Shown here: positions 36,444-49,250 of the stretch, in pieces
Position numbering within the stretch: position 1 is the stretch's first letter
Layout of the letters: the number at the start of each line of letters is the position of its first letter
Assembly (NCBI RefSeq): GCF_006345805.1
Contig: NC_042997.1
Span: 195,486,001 to 195,550,000, forward strand
Source of the DNA: Octopus sinensis
Taxonomy: Eukaryota
Reading direction: 5' to 3'
Length of the DNA stretch: 64,000 nt
Notes under the pieces: generated by a model
What the model saw: only the letters and a program-made list of their open reading frames with translations
Database searches by the model: none
What the model was told of the DNA's origin: nothing
Program-made: the position numbers and the translations under genes

Positions 36444-36876
36444 GACATGTCTTCTTCATACTGAATTAATGCCTAAACATTAGGAAGCTACGGAGAAAAA
36501 CTCCATAAATACATGCGATTGAAAGCGGGCTAGTGAGGAGATGTTTAAAAAGACTCTGCATCAATTGCAAATTAGCTAATTTCAAGATTAACGTCTTAAA
36601 TAGATTTTCTTTTATCGCTAGCGCAATATATGTAAAAAAAACCAAAAACGAACAAGTGTTAATACACACCCATAACAAAGCAAGTTTGCACGTCTTTATA
36701 CAAACACTTGCAAGTATAGATTCGAAAAAGTCAGATTAAAACTTCCCACGACAACCACATGTTGAGTCTTTCTAAATATCTTCTCACTAGCCTATTTTCA
36801 ATCGCATGCATTTATGGAGTTTTTCTCGGTAGCTTCGTAATGCTTAGACATTAATTCAGTATGTAGGAGATATGTC
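36444..36876. mobile_element. MITE-like element with inverted arms of about 113 bp
   Basis: 36444-36556 versus 36764-36876, about 85% identical by eye. Confidence 0.6.
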
Positions 36877-37207
36877 ATGTTTCAACTTTCTCCCTTAATC
36901 TATACATATAAATTTGACATGAACAATTCTTTCTTGCCTTGAGATTCACGGTCAAATGGCTGGGTGGAATTGCATGAAAAATTACACAGATGTATAGAAT
37001 GATCCGCTGGTGATACTGGGCTTTGTATTTTTTTCATAGCTCCCATGGTTACCGAGATAATCTACCCTAATAATACTCTTGTGTTTATGAATGAGAAAGT
37101 TTTCAATCTGACGTTTTCGAATCTATACTTGCAAGGGGAATAAATTTCCTTAAAATAATAAGGCATATATAAATCATATGGTTTATATCCATTTAAAAGA
37201 AGAAAAG

Positions 37208-37523
37208 AAAATGGAAATTAGGAAGTTAATAATTGTTTATTGTTAACAACAAATTGGTCATTTTCGCTTTTTACGGCCGATTCAATTAATGCTCAATAAT
37301 TTAATTATGAATTTGTACATTAAATTTGTATTTATGTGACATGAATAATTTCATCAGAGGAAAAAAAGATGTACCGTTGGATGTTATATATAGGCTTATC
37401 AATTCATTATAGCAGACTGCTCAATAATTAAATTATTGAGTATTAATTGGAACGGCTATAAGAAGCGAAGATGACAATTTGTTGTTAATATTAAACAATT
37501 ATTCATTTTCTAATATCCATTTT
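37208..37523. mobile_element. MITE-like element with inverted arms of about 100 bp
   Basis: AAAATGGAAATTAGGAAG...CAATAATTTA versus the reverse complement at 37422-37523. Confidence 0.55.
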
Positions 37524-37561
37524 GTTTATATATATATATATATTATATATATAGATATATA

Positions 37562-37678
<117 letters not shown>

Positions 37679-37694
37679 CCGATAGGTATCCGCC

Positions 37695-37866
37695 GGAGTA
37701 GCTGTGTGGTAAGTAGCTTGCTTACCAAACATATGGTTCCGAGTTCAGTCCAACTGCGTGGCACCTTGGACAAGTGTCTTCTACTATAGCCTCGGGCCGA
37801 CCACCAAAGCCTTGTGAGTGAATTTGGTAGACGGAAACCGAAAAGAAGCCCGTCGTTAGTATATAT

Positions 37867-37903
<37 letters not shown>

Positions 37904-37988
37904 TCCCGGGATCGAGTTGCTCGATAAAGGCGGTGCTCCAGCATGGCCGCAGTCAACTGACTGAAACAAACGAAAGAGTAAAAGAGTG
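37695..37988 (+). mobile_element. SINE family C, internally deleted
   Basis: Head GCTGTGTGGTAAGTAGCTTGCTTACC, then (TA)n, then tail. Confidence 0.8.
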
Positions 37989-37989
37989 T

Positions 37990-38020
<31 letters not shown>

Positions 38021-38442
38021 CCGATATGCATGTATATATATATGTATATATATATATATATATTACCGATATGCATGTGTATATATATATATTTATATAT
38101 TACCGATATGTATATATATATATATATGTATGTATATATTACCGATATGTATATATATATATATATTATTGTTATGTAATTTTAAGATCCAAGGATCTAA
38201 GTGTGGGAAGTTTGTAAGCTTCGAGCAGTCCGTGATAGGCACAAAAAAACGTTCAGGAACAGTAATAATTTATTGGCGTCGAAGGTTGTAGGTTTACCCC
38301 ATTTCGAATGTATGTATACGCAACATGTTTGATCAAAACTATGACACCATATTCCACACACTCTCGGTCTTTCTCCTTCAACCAAAATAAGCATTAAAAA
38401 AAAAACGCACAGAAATAACTATAAAACATCAATATCAACATA

Positions 38443-38605
38443 GGCACAGGAGTGGCTGTGTGGTACGTAGCTTGCTTACCAAACACATGGTTCCGGGTTC
38501 AGTCCTAATGCGTGGTACCTTGGGCATGTGTCTTCTACTATAGCCTCGGGCCAACCAAAGCCTTGTAAGTGGATTTGGTAGACGGAAACTGAAAGAAGCC
38601 CGTCG

Positions 38606-38640
<35 letters not shown>

Positions 38641-38645
38641 TGTAC

Positions 38646-38695
<50 letters not shown>

Positions 38696-38698
38696 ATG

Positions 38699-38731
<33 letters not shown>

Positions 38732-38945
38732 ATATGTTTGTGTGTCTGTGCTTGTCCCTCCAACATCGCTTGACAACCGATGCTGGTGTGTTTACGTTCC
38801 TGTAAATTAGCGGTTCGGCAAAAAGAAACCGATAGAATAAGGATTAGGCTTCCAAAGAATAAGTCCTGGGGTCGATTTGCTCGACTAAAGGCGGTGCTCC
38901 AGCATGGCCGCAGTCAAAATGACTGAAACAAGTAAAAGAATAAAA
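38443..38945 (+). mobile_element. Full-length SINE family C (tRNA-like head, CORE-like segment, internal (TA)n, tail)
   Basis: GGAGTGGCTGTGTGGT...CCTTGGGCATGTGTCTTC...AAGTAAAAGAATAAAA. Confidence 0.85.
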
Positions 38946-39119
38946 AGAAAGAATAAAATCCCAACGGTTCTCTTATTATGCTGAGCTGGGATGTACACCG
39001 TCCACTTTCGACAATAAATGTCAAGGAAGAGCAGGTGTCGTGCTCTGAGTGAGTCCGCTTTGCACACCTCTGCAGTTGTCACTACCAGATTCTACGCAGA
39101 TACAGATATAGACGGCATG

Positions 39120-39345
39120 TAGGAGTGTCAGCATCATGATCGTAAGATTGTGGTTTCGATTCCTGGACCGGGCGACGCGTTGTGTTCTTGAGCAAAAACA
39201 CTTCATTTCACGTTGCTCCAGTCCACTCAGCTGGCAAAAATGAGTAACGCTGCGATGGACTGACGTCCCGTCCAGCTGGGGAACACATACGCCATTGAAA
39301 CCGGGAAACCGGATCCATGAACCTGGCTAGGCTTTAAAAGGGCGC
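39120..39345 (+). mobile_element. 5'-truncated SINE family G
   Basis: Matches the full copy at 60248-60518. Confidence 0.8.
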
Positions 39346-39866
39346 ATATATTTATTATTATGTAGGCGTGCGCAGTAAAACACTTAGCCGGATAGAGGCA
39401 TGGAATGATTATGTAATATGCGTCTAGTAGTCGTTCACAGCCAAACTGGGTGCTACTCAACAACAACAACAGTAACTACTACTACTACTATACTACTACT
39501 ACTACTACTACTACTACTAATACTGGTGGCAGACTGGCCAGGTTGCCAGCTTTCCCGATGGCAAATGGGAGCCTGCGCTATTATAATCCATATATGGGGG
39601 CCCATGTTAGTATCTAAGAGGCCCATCCCCTGAAGGTTTGAGAATTTTTTTTTATTCACTCCTGGAAGAATGCATGAATTATTTCAGCCTGGCTGTGTTT
39701 GTAGGCAGTTGAAAAGAATACTTTTAACAAAAATAATAAAAAATAAATGATAGCATTGTAGTTGCAGGTGGGGGCCCTTGTAGTTGCGGGTGGGCCCCCT
39801 TGTAGTTACGGGTGGATCCCCTTAGTCTCCTGGCAACGAATGTTTTTAGACCCAGTTCGCCACTGG

Positions 39867-39931
<65 letters not shown>

Positions 39932-39965
39932 ACTACTACTACTACTACTTCTGCTGCTGCTGCTG

Positions 39966-40021
<56 letters not shown>

Positions 40022-40043
40022 ACTACTACTACTATTGCTACTG

Positions 40044-40088
<45 letters not shown>

Positions 40089-40819
40089 TTGAGTCTTTTC
40101 AGCTCTTAAAAAAACCTGATTGATAATTATTAAAAAAAAAAAAAAGTACGAGGGCTGCTACTTAGTTGTTAAGTTCAGTGTTTCATTAAATCGTGTCCTG
40201 TCATCTGACTGATTAGTCTAATATAGACACAAAGGCTGTGAAATATATACACCGAGATACTCTTGTTGGACAAAATAACGATAACTAGAAATAAAAAAAA
40301 ATGAGAGAGAGACGAAAAAAAACCAAAAAAAAACGAAAGGGAGACAAAAAAGAAAATAATGAGAAGAGTTAAAAGTTATTCAAAGGAAAGCAGACGACAT
40401 CAACAGACTGGAATGAAGTATTTCAATTATGAGTTTCTTGCTTCAGTCAATGGTTTTCCTTCATTAACCTGTCACATTTCTGTCCTTCAATAAAATTATT
40501 TCGAACGTATTTCTAAAGAAATGTTTCTCTTAAAAGAATCTGGTTCGAAATAAAGAAAGGCTACAAGTAATAAATATAAACAACAACAGCAGTAGTAATG
40601 CAAAAAAAAAAAAAAAAAAGGAGAAAATGAAACAAATAAAAAATGAAAACAAGAACGAAAGAAAAAAAATAACAATACATGAAGAAAAAAATAAGAGTAA
40701 ATTAATAAAGCAAAAAAAAAAAAAAATTAGAATAAAATATTTATCACAGACGTATAATTACAATCATAGACATAAACACACACGATCTTATAATTACATT
40801 CACGCTTACACACACATGT

Positions 40820-40853
<34 letters not shown>

Positions 40854-40854
40854 A

Positions 40855-40953
40855 CACATATAGGATACACAAAGGCATATATTCGCACATACATACTGGG
40901 ACAGATATACAAACACATATAGATATATTATTACACACACACATGTGTATATG

Positions 40954-40999
<46 letters not shown>

Positions 41000-41002
41000 C
41001 AC

Positions 41003-41035
<33 letters not shown>

Positions 41036-41272
41036 CATACACACACATAGCTACATTGATATAATCTCCGACATATAACATGGGTGTGTTATTACACATA
41101 TACACACTGACATAGTCTCTGATATCCACACGTACACACACACACACACACCACACACACACACATATAGGATACACAAAGGCATATATTCGCACATACA
41201 TACTGGGACAGATATACAAACACATATAGATATATTATTACACACACACATGTGTATATGTATGTATATATA

Positions 41273-41303
<31 letters not shown>

Positions 41304-41310
41304 CATACAC

Positions 41311-41343
<33 letters not shown>

Positions 41344-41460
41344 CATACACACACATAGCTACATTGATATAATCTCCGACATATAACATGGGTGTGTTAT
41401 TACACATATACACACTGACATAGTCTCTGATATCCACACGTACACACACACACACACACA
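40855..41460. repeat. Tandem duplication with a period of about 307 bp
   Basis: TAGGATACACAAAGG at 40861 and 41168. Confidence 0.85.
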
Positions 41461-42179
41461 TACACACACACACGTATTGCAATAGCGCCCCACTCGATTC
41501 CTTACCTGTACCAATATACATCGAGACAATATGGAACAAAAGAAAGCGACAACAACAACAAAAATTCCAAAAAGTCAACAAAAAGCAAACAATAAAAAAC
41601 CTAAAAAAAAAATGAAAATGCAGTAAACAACAACAACAGCAGCAGCAGCAATCGCAGCAGCAACAATAATAATTGTAACTACGGCAGCAGCACCAGCACC
41701 AGCAGCAGCAGCGACAGTATTGAATTATAGCGACTCTCTTGTTGAAGTTTTCAATCACGTGATATCATAGTTGTTTCATGTTTCTTTTTCTTCCTATACA
41801 GTAAGGCCCCAGAGACAAGAGGATCGTCTGCTTCGACAGACAGCAATGCTAATATAATTGTTTACTTTTAAGAGCTGTATTTTTGTTGCCAGTAAGACGT
41901 AGGAGTAGTTTGAAAGCTTTTCACGGGTTCATGTCCAAAAGAAACTAGTTAGATTAAGTAAAAGATTCTACTTACCGACCTTTTCAAACGTCATTTTGTA
42001 ATTTTGTAAGAAAGAAAGAGAGAGAGAGAGATAGAATGAAAGAATAAAAGAAATGGAAAGAAAAGAAGAAAAGGAACGAAAACGAAAAACAATTACGAGA
42101 ATGGAACTGTCTTGTAAGTTTTAGCAGAACTAACTCATTTTACATAGAGCATGACTGAATGAAGAAGTGTACGGGAAGG

Positions 42180-42219
<40 letters not shown>

Positions 42220-42717
42220 AAATGGGAAGAATATTTCTGACAAGATTATTGTAGATGATAGTATCACGCCGTTGATGCGAATGAACTGAATTGAACTGGC
42301 TGATTAAAACGGATGAATAAATATACTGAAGTGACAAATAAAAGCTATCACAGCAGTATTGTGTGAAAAGATCCCTTACAAAGATGGTGAAGAGATCATT
42401 GATTTAGTTCGTGACATGCTCAATTGTGTGCAAGAGAGTTAACGACAAGGATAATAGGATAAATTCAGTTGATAATAAAAGAGGCGAAAAAGATTTGTCA
42501 CTGATAGAAGGTTAATATCGTAAGATTTACTAAGGAATCACAAGAATATTTTAATTAGAAATTGCATGATGTCAAGTAGTGATGCTCAATCGTAGTAGAA
42601 AGTTGAGTTAAGCTTGCAGCTATTCCGAAATCGGGGATCCTGTTTCAATTCCCCGATAGGTATTTACTGTATTTTTTTCTTTTGTCTTTTCGAATATTAT
42701 ATTTCCCTTACATCAAT

Positions 42718-43106
42718 GGTGGAAGCACTCCGTCGGTTACGACGATGAGGGTTCCGGTTGATCCGAATCAACGGAACAGCCTGCTCGTGAAATTAACGTG
42801 TAAGTGGCTGAGCACTCCACAGACACGTGCACCCTTAACGTAGTTCACGGGGATATTCAGCGTGACACAGAGAGTGACAAGGCCGGCCCTTTGAAATACA
42901 GGTACAACAGAAACAGGAAGTAAGAGTGAGAGAAAGTTGTGGTGAAAGAGTACAGCAGGGATCACCACCATCCCCTGCCGGAGCCTCGTGGAGCTTTTAG
43001 GTGTTTTCGCTCAATAAACACCCACAACGCCCGGTCTGGGAATCGAAACCGCGATCCTATGACCGCGAGTCCGCTGCTCTAACCACTGGGCCATTGCGCC
43101 TCCACA
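42718..43106 (-). mobile_element. Full-length SINE family A with TSD
   Basis: TSD CCTTACATCAAT at 42706-42717 and 43107-43118. Confidence 0.9.
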
Positions 43107-43175
43107 CCTTACATCAATAATGTTGTTAGGAAACATAAACGTTCACGTGAAATCCTGTCAGTACCTCTAATAAAT

Positions 43176-43487
43176 ATGTGGAGGCACATGGCCTAGTGGT
43201 TAGAGCAGCGGAGTCGTGGCCGAGGTATCGCAGGTTCGAATCTCAGACCGGACGATGTGTGTGTTTATGAGCGAAACACCTAAGCTCCACGCGGCTCCGG
43301 CGCAAGGTAATAACGAACTTCTGCTGACTCTTTTGCCACAACTTTCTTTCATCCTTCCCTTCTGCATCTTGCAGCTCACCTGCGACCGACCGGCGTCCCG
43401 TCCAGGTGGGGAACGTATACGCAAAGGAAACAGGGAAACCGGCCCTTATGAGCCAGGCGTGGTTCGAGAAGGAACAAACAACAACCA
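43176..43487 (+). mobile_element. tRNA-derived SINE (family F) with TSD
   Basis: Head related to family A, distinct tail ending in (AAC)n. TSD CTAATAAAT at 43167-43175 and 43488-43496. Confidence 0.8.
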
Positions 43488-43561
43488 CTAATAAATGACA
43501 AGAATTTCATGCTTCATGCCGAAACAATGAGGAGCTTGTGCATTACAGATTAGAGACGAAA

Positions 43562-43792
43562 AAGGCGGCGAGCTGGCAGAAACGTTAGCACGCCGGGCGA
43601 AATGATTAGCGGTGTTTCGTCTGCCGTTACGCTCTGAGTTTAAATTCCGCCGAGGTCGACTTTGCCTTTCATCCTTTCGGGCTCGATAAATTAAGTACCA
43701 GTTACGTACTGGGGTCGATATAATCGACTTAACCCGTTTGTCTGTCCTTGTTTGTCCTCTATGCTTAGCCCCTTGTGGGCAATAAAGAAATA
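43562..43792 (+). mobile_element. Full-length SINE family B with TSD
   Basis: TSD AGATTAGAGACGAAA at 43547-43561 and 43793-43807. Confidence 0.9.
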
Positions 43793-44242
43793 AGATTAGA
43801 GACGAAATCTCAGTAATTTTTTATCTTTTAGTTTTTATTTATTTCAGTTATGAACTGCAGCCATTCTGGGGCCATGCCTTGAAGGTTCTTTTTAATCGAT
43901 CTGTTTAATCGATCCCGGTACTTAAATTAAAAAAACCCCTCCAATATTCAAGCATTTTCTTTTGTGCCCAATTGCTAATTATCGGGGATGTAAACGTAGG
44001 ATTGGCTGTGTGGTAAGTAGCTTGCTTACGAACCACATGGTTCCGGGTTGAGGCCTACTGCGTGGCACCTTGGGCAAATGTCTTCTACTAGAGTCTCAGG
44101 CCGACCAAAGCCTTGTGAGTAGATTTGGTAGGCGGAAACTGAAAGAAGCCCGTCGTCTATATGTATATATATATGACCGCGTGTGTACCGTTGGCGAATT
44201 TTTTCCTCTGTCTTCCCTTCTCTAGATCTTTTCTTCTCCTAT

Positions 44243-44277
44243 GTTTCCGACGAAGAGCTCCGCTCGAAACGTTAAAC
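44243..44277 (+). ncRNA. Minimal type I hammerhead ribozyme motif (Penelope-type tail)
   Basis: GTTT-CCGACGA-A-GAGC(TCC)GCTC-GAAACGTT-AAAC: stem I GTTT/AAAC, stem II GAGC/GCTC, palindromic ACGT helix III. U4 is C here but T in the 52029 and 59597 copies. Confidence 0.55.
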
Positions 44278-44363
44278 CCTCCTTCTTCCCTTCCTTCCTG
44301 AGCGTCCAATAATACTATATTTGTTCCACGTCCTCGCGTTGTTGTGTTTTCATGTTTGGATTA

Positions 44364-44400
<37 letters not shown>

Positions 44401-44424
44401 CATTTATATATATATATATATATC

Positions 44425-44730
44425 ATCATCATCATCATCATCATCATCGTTTAACGTCCGCTTTCCATGCTAGCATGGGTTGGACGGTTCAACTGGGGTC
44501 TGGCAAGCCCGAAGGCTGCACCAGGCCAGTCAGATCTGGCAGTGTTTCTACAGCTGGATGCCCTTCCTAACGCCAACCACTCCGAGAGTGTAGTGGGTGA
44601 TTTTATGTGCCACCGACACAGGTGCCAGACGAGGCTGGCAGACGGCCACGCTCGGATGGTGTTTTTTATGTGCCACCGACACAGGTGCCAGACGAGGCTG
44701 GCTGACGGCCACGCTCGGATGGTGTTTTCT
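44425..44730 (-). mobile_element. LINE-like 3' end or SINE with (GAT)n tail
   Basis: The minus strand ends GGAAAGCGGACGTTAAACGATGATGAT. Contains GGATGCCCTTCCTAACGCCAAC and a duplicated internal unit. Confidence 0.55.
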
Positions 44731-44793
44731 TATATATATAAATGGACTATATATATATATATATAATGGACTATATATATATATATATAAATG

Positions 44794-44830
<37 letters not shown>

Positions 44831-44916
44831 TAATCCAAACATGAAAACACAACAACGCGAGGACGTGGAACAAATATGGTATTATTGGACACTCAGGAAG
44901 GAAGGGAAGAAGGAGG

Positions 44917-44951
44917 GTTTAACGTTTCGAGCGGAGCTCTTCGTCGGAAAC
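44917..44951 (-). ncRNA. Minimal hammerhead motif, inverted copy
   Basis: Exact reverse complement of 44243-44277. Confidence 0.55.
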
Positions 44952-45759
44952 ATAGGAGAAGGAAGGATCTAGAGAAGGGAAGACAGAGGAAAAAATTCGC
45001 CAACGGTACACACGCGGTCATATATATATACATATATACGACGGGCTTCTTATATATGTATGTGTGTGTATATATAATCTCCGACATATAACATATAAGC
45101 CCGTCGTATATATGTATGTGTGTGTATATGTTTTTGTGTCTGTGTTTGTCCCCCCACCAAAAAAAAAATCGCTCGACAACCGATGCTGGTGTGTCTACGT
45201 CTCCGTAACTTAGCGGTTCGGCAAAAGAGACCGATAGAATAAGTACTAGGCTTGCAAAGAATAAGTCCTGGGGCTCGATTTGCTCGACTAAAGGCGGTGC
45301 TCCAGCATGGCCACAGTCACATGACTGAAACAAGTAAAAGTGTAAAAAGAGTAAAGAGTAAACTGACACCTGTTGCCAGACGGTGGTTGGGATGATAAGC
45401 AAAACCACAAAACCATACACAATGTTTACATGTCCTAATTTCTAGCGTTATTTGATCCGAGATCTACTGTTCCCACTCCCGCCGAAAAAAAAAAAAGAGG
45501 AATTATTTCACATTCTCTCTAAATGTTTACAAAGTCTTATGACGTCAACAAAATCCAATTATCACTTGTGAGAATAAAGCTTCTAAAACGGACTAAGAAA
45601 TTCGAAGGATTGCGTTTATCCAATGGTAGAAAACTAGCGTTCGACGTTTTCTATCCCAAAGGGTTTCCCTACCCAATATTTACATGCAATTATTTATAAC
45701 ATTATGTGCTCCGAGATCCACATACTCAACCCCCAATTTTATATATATATATATATATG

Positions 45760-46291
45760 TCTATTATATAAAATCCGTTCTGTCTGTCTGTGTATGTGTC
45801 TTCTAGGATCTCGGGCATCCTTCATCCGATTGCGCTCAAATTTGATATGTAGATACCGACGGTATCAGGGCGTGTATAAGTCTTGAAAAAATTACAAAAA
45901 TCGATTTCAGGTGAGAATGCGATCGATAAAGCCGTGGGAACGTGCATTAGTACGTGCAAGTACATCAGCTGTTGCGATCGATACTACGCGTACGCGAGAA
46001 AAATGAACGTGCAGTTTGCGCAAAAAAAAGCCGGCTGGCTTGAAATAATGCCACAAAATGCAGTATATTTAAGAGACCCAAAAAATAAGATGCAAAAGAG
46101 ATATTTTCTTCAAACTTGGCATGAAGGAAGGAAATACTATTTGGTTTCTCAAGAAGTTTTTTTTGCCTTAACTTCGTTTAACAAAACCAAAAATGTTATT
46201 GAAATAAATGCATGCTTAATTATTTTTTAATGAAAAGAAAACTGATTGCTTTTCATTCAGCACCGTCCATTGGACGGGGGGCATTTGGCTC
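45760..46291 (+). mobile_element. Non-autonomous Helitron-like element
   Basis: 5' TCTATTATATAAAA. 3' hairpin CCGTCC-ATT-GGACGG followed by CTCG|T, a variant of CTAG. Confidence 0.6.
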
Positions 46292-46303
46292 GTATATATA
46301 TAT

Positions 46304-46355
<52 letters not shown>

Positions 46356-47238
46356 TTAAAATAAACAGAATACGGTTGCTCGTATTTATGGTGGGATGGT
46401 GTATAATGATACAAGCGGCCTTGGGCCACTTGTGATGTAGACTGTTTATTTACTGTTATATTTACTTCTTTATTTTCATCTACCCCTATAACGGTCTTAG
46501 CTTGCCATTGGTTTTAAATTTAACTGACCAATTATAGAGATGGCTGGACTTTGGTTAATTCCAGTACGGACAACAGGTGGTTGTTGTTTAGAATATATCG
46601 GTAAGTACACTATTGTAACAACTTCACGGGTATGCTTTTGGAAAAATATCAATTAGCTTTATTTACGAAATCATAAGTACTATTCTTTTTCTAGACTTAT
46701 CCTGTTATACTTAAGTACTACTTTTATTTTCTTATAATTTATACACCCTGGTACCCCTAAAGAAAGATTAACCCACCAATTATTGTTCTTGTTTATTTGC
46801 TAGTTTATTCATTTGCTCATCGACTTCAAGCTTTACACTGCAAGATGGTATGATTTTAATTTATTAAGCCCTCCTTCCTCATCTTGAGGCCCTGTTCTTT
46901 CCGCTTTCCTCTTTCCTCTTCTCGTCTTTTATTTTACGTGTTTGTATTCACTCTAACGAAGCTCCATCTACTAGAACGGATGTGCTGTAAAAGAGGACGA
47001 ATATTATCCTCATAATTTTCTTTGGCGGCACCGACTGACATTGGTAGCAGAAACGGCCGTAAGAGCTCTTAAAGTTTTGTACTAAAAAAATGATAACCGA
47101 TGGTAGTCAATTAGTTGATCAAAATGTTTTCTCCATTTTCTGTTAATTTTAAATTTGATTCCTGATAAACGCTTGTTTATTCTGTTATTGCCTGTATCCT
47201 ATGAGCATAGTATGCTTGCATATCCATGCCCAGATATT

Positions 47239-47558
47239 GTGAAGGCGCGCGGTTTAGTGGTTAGGGCATTCGGCTCACGATTGTAAGGTCGTGAGTTCGA
47301 TTCCCGGCGACGCGTTGTGTCCTTGAGCAAGACACTTTATTCCACGTTGCTCCAGTCCACTCAGCGGGCAAAAATGAGTTGTACCTTCAAAGAGTTGGCC
47401 TTGTCACACTCTGTGTCACGCTGAATCTTCCTGAGAACTACGTTAAGGGTACACGTGTCTGTGGAGTGCTCAGCCACTTGCACATTAATTTCACGAGCAA
47501 GCTGTTCCGTTGATCGGATCAACCGGAACCCTCGTCGTCGCAACCGACGGAGTGCCAC
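47239..47558 (+). mobile_element. SINE family D, full length
   Basis: A and B boxes, CORE-like middle, and a tail shared with family A. Confidence 0.85.
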
Positions 47559-47829
47559 GATACAGGGTGGTGCAAAGGTATATATACAGCTACGAAAAAA
47601 GGAAAACAAGTACAATACTTAGTTCTATATTTAAGAGATGAGGAATTATATACATTATTTACATTATTTACAATCGACGGATATTTGTCCACATCTTGTT
47701 TGTTGTTAACACAACGTTTCGGCTGGTATACACTCCAGCCTTTATTAGGTGTCTTGGGGAAATATACTCACAGTGATTAAGAGCGCGGGCTACTAACCCC
47801 AAGATTCCGAGTCCAATTCCAGGTAGCGA

Positions 47830-47833
<4 letters not shown>

Positions 47834-47882
<49 letters not shown>

Positions 47883-47925
47883 GTAATAATAATAATATAA
47901 TAATAATTATAATAATAATAATAAT

Positions 47926-47956
<31 letters not shown>

Positions 47957-48083
47957 GTAATATATAATATATAATAATAATAATTATAATAATAATAATA
48001 ATAATAATAATAGTAATAATAATAATAATATAATAATAATAATAATAATAATAGTAATTATAATAATAATAATAATATAATAT

Positions 48084-48119
<36 letters not shown>

Positions 48120-48157
48120 GTAATAATAATAATAATAATAATAGAATAGTAATAATG

Positions 48158-48191
<34 letters not shown>

Positions 48192-48219
48192 TAATTATAA
48201 TATAATAATAATAATAATA

Positions 48220-48263
<44 letters not shown>

Positions 48264-48288
48264 TATAATAATAATAATAATAATAATA

Positions 48289-48328
<40 letters not shown>

Positions 48329-48360
48329 TAATAATAATAACAATAGCGATAACAACAACA
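47834..48360. repeat. (AAT)n microsatellite
   Basis: Seen directly in the sequence. Confidence 0.95.
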
Positions 48361-48407
48361 TCGAAAAATACTTTAGGAATGAGAACCTAGGTTCGAAATT
48401 TCCCCAA

Positions 48408-48453
48408 GACACCTGATGAAGGCTGGAGGGTATATCAGCCGAAATGTTGTGTT
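48408..48453 (+). ncRNA. Minimal type I hammerhead ribozyme motif
   Basis: GACAC-CTGATGA-A-GGCTG(10)CAGCC-GAAA-TGTT-GTGTT: canonical CUGAUGA and GAAA core, 5-bp stems I and II. Confidence 0.7.
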
Positions 48454-48724
48454 AACAACAAACAAGATGAGGACAAATATCAGTCGAATGTAAATAATGT
48501 AAATAATGTACGTACAATACTCATTTATTTTTATCAAAATAGTCGAGTTACGATAAAAGTATTATCATAGATATGATAAATGTATTATTATGATTATAAT
48601 GATTATAATGACACAGAAAATATCAAAGATGAGGCTCACTAATTTAATGTGCTAATAATTTTAATGAATTAAAAATTACAACATTGATGGGATACTTTCT
48701 GTATACCTACTTTTGATTCCCCCC

Positions 48725-48760
<36 letters not shown>

Positions 48761-49196
48761 TTGTGTGTGTTTGGGTATATACGTACACACACGAAATCAG
48801 CCATTTTCCAAAACTTCTCTTTAGCTAGTTAATATTCTGCTCTGATGTCTGTTGGAGGTATCGCTTACCAGTGTATCGTTCTTTAACTTTAGTAGGGACA
48901 GACAGACAGACAGACTACATGTATACAGTAGAGAAAAGTTGTGAAGTTGTTGACTTTATGTCGTATCAGAATATTTAAACAGAGAGAAAAAAAAACAAAA
49001 ACAAAACAAAAACAAAAACAAACAAACGAAACAAAACAGATATCAAAGTGATATCTTTACTTTTAACGAAGATGCATGGAGTTGTAACATAACAAAGATA
49101 ACACTTTTCAAGGGCATTAGAGCCAGTAGTGTGTTTGACAAACGTTGTGAATACGGGCGAAACCGCACGAATTATTACTATTATTATTATTATCAC

Positions 49197-49250
<54 letters not shown>

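Larger units (their letters stand above)
44000..45358 (+). mobile_element. SINE family C interrupted by nested insertions
   Basis: Head at 44000-44160 and tail at 45125-45358. Confidence 0.75.
47620..48511 (+). mobile_element. Composite retroelement: inverted tail + tRNA-like head + (AAT)n + hammerhead tail
   Basis: TSD GTACAATACT at 47610-47619 and 48512-48521. Inverted tails 47651-47763 and 48398-48510. Confidence 0.75.
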
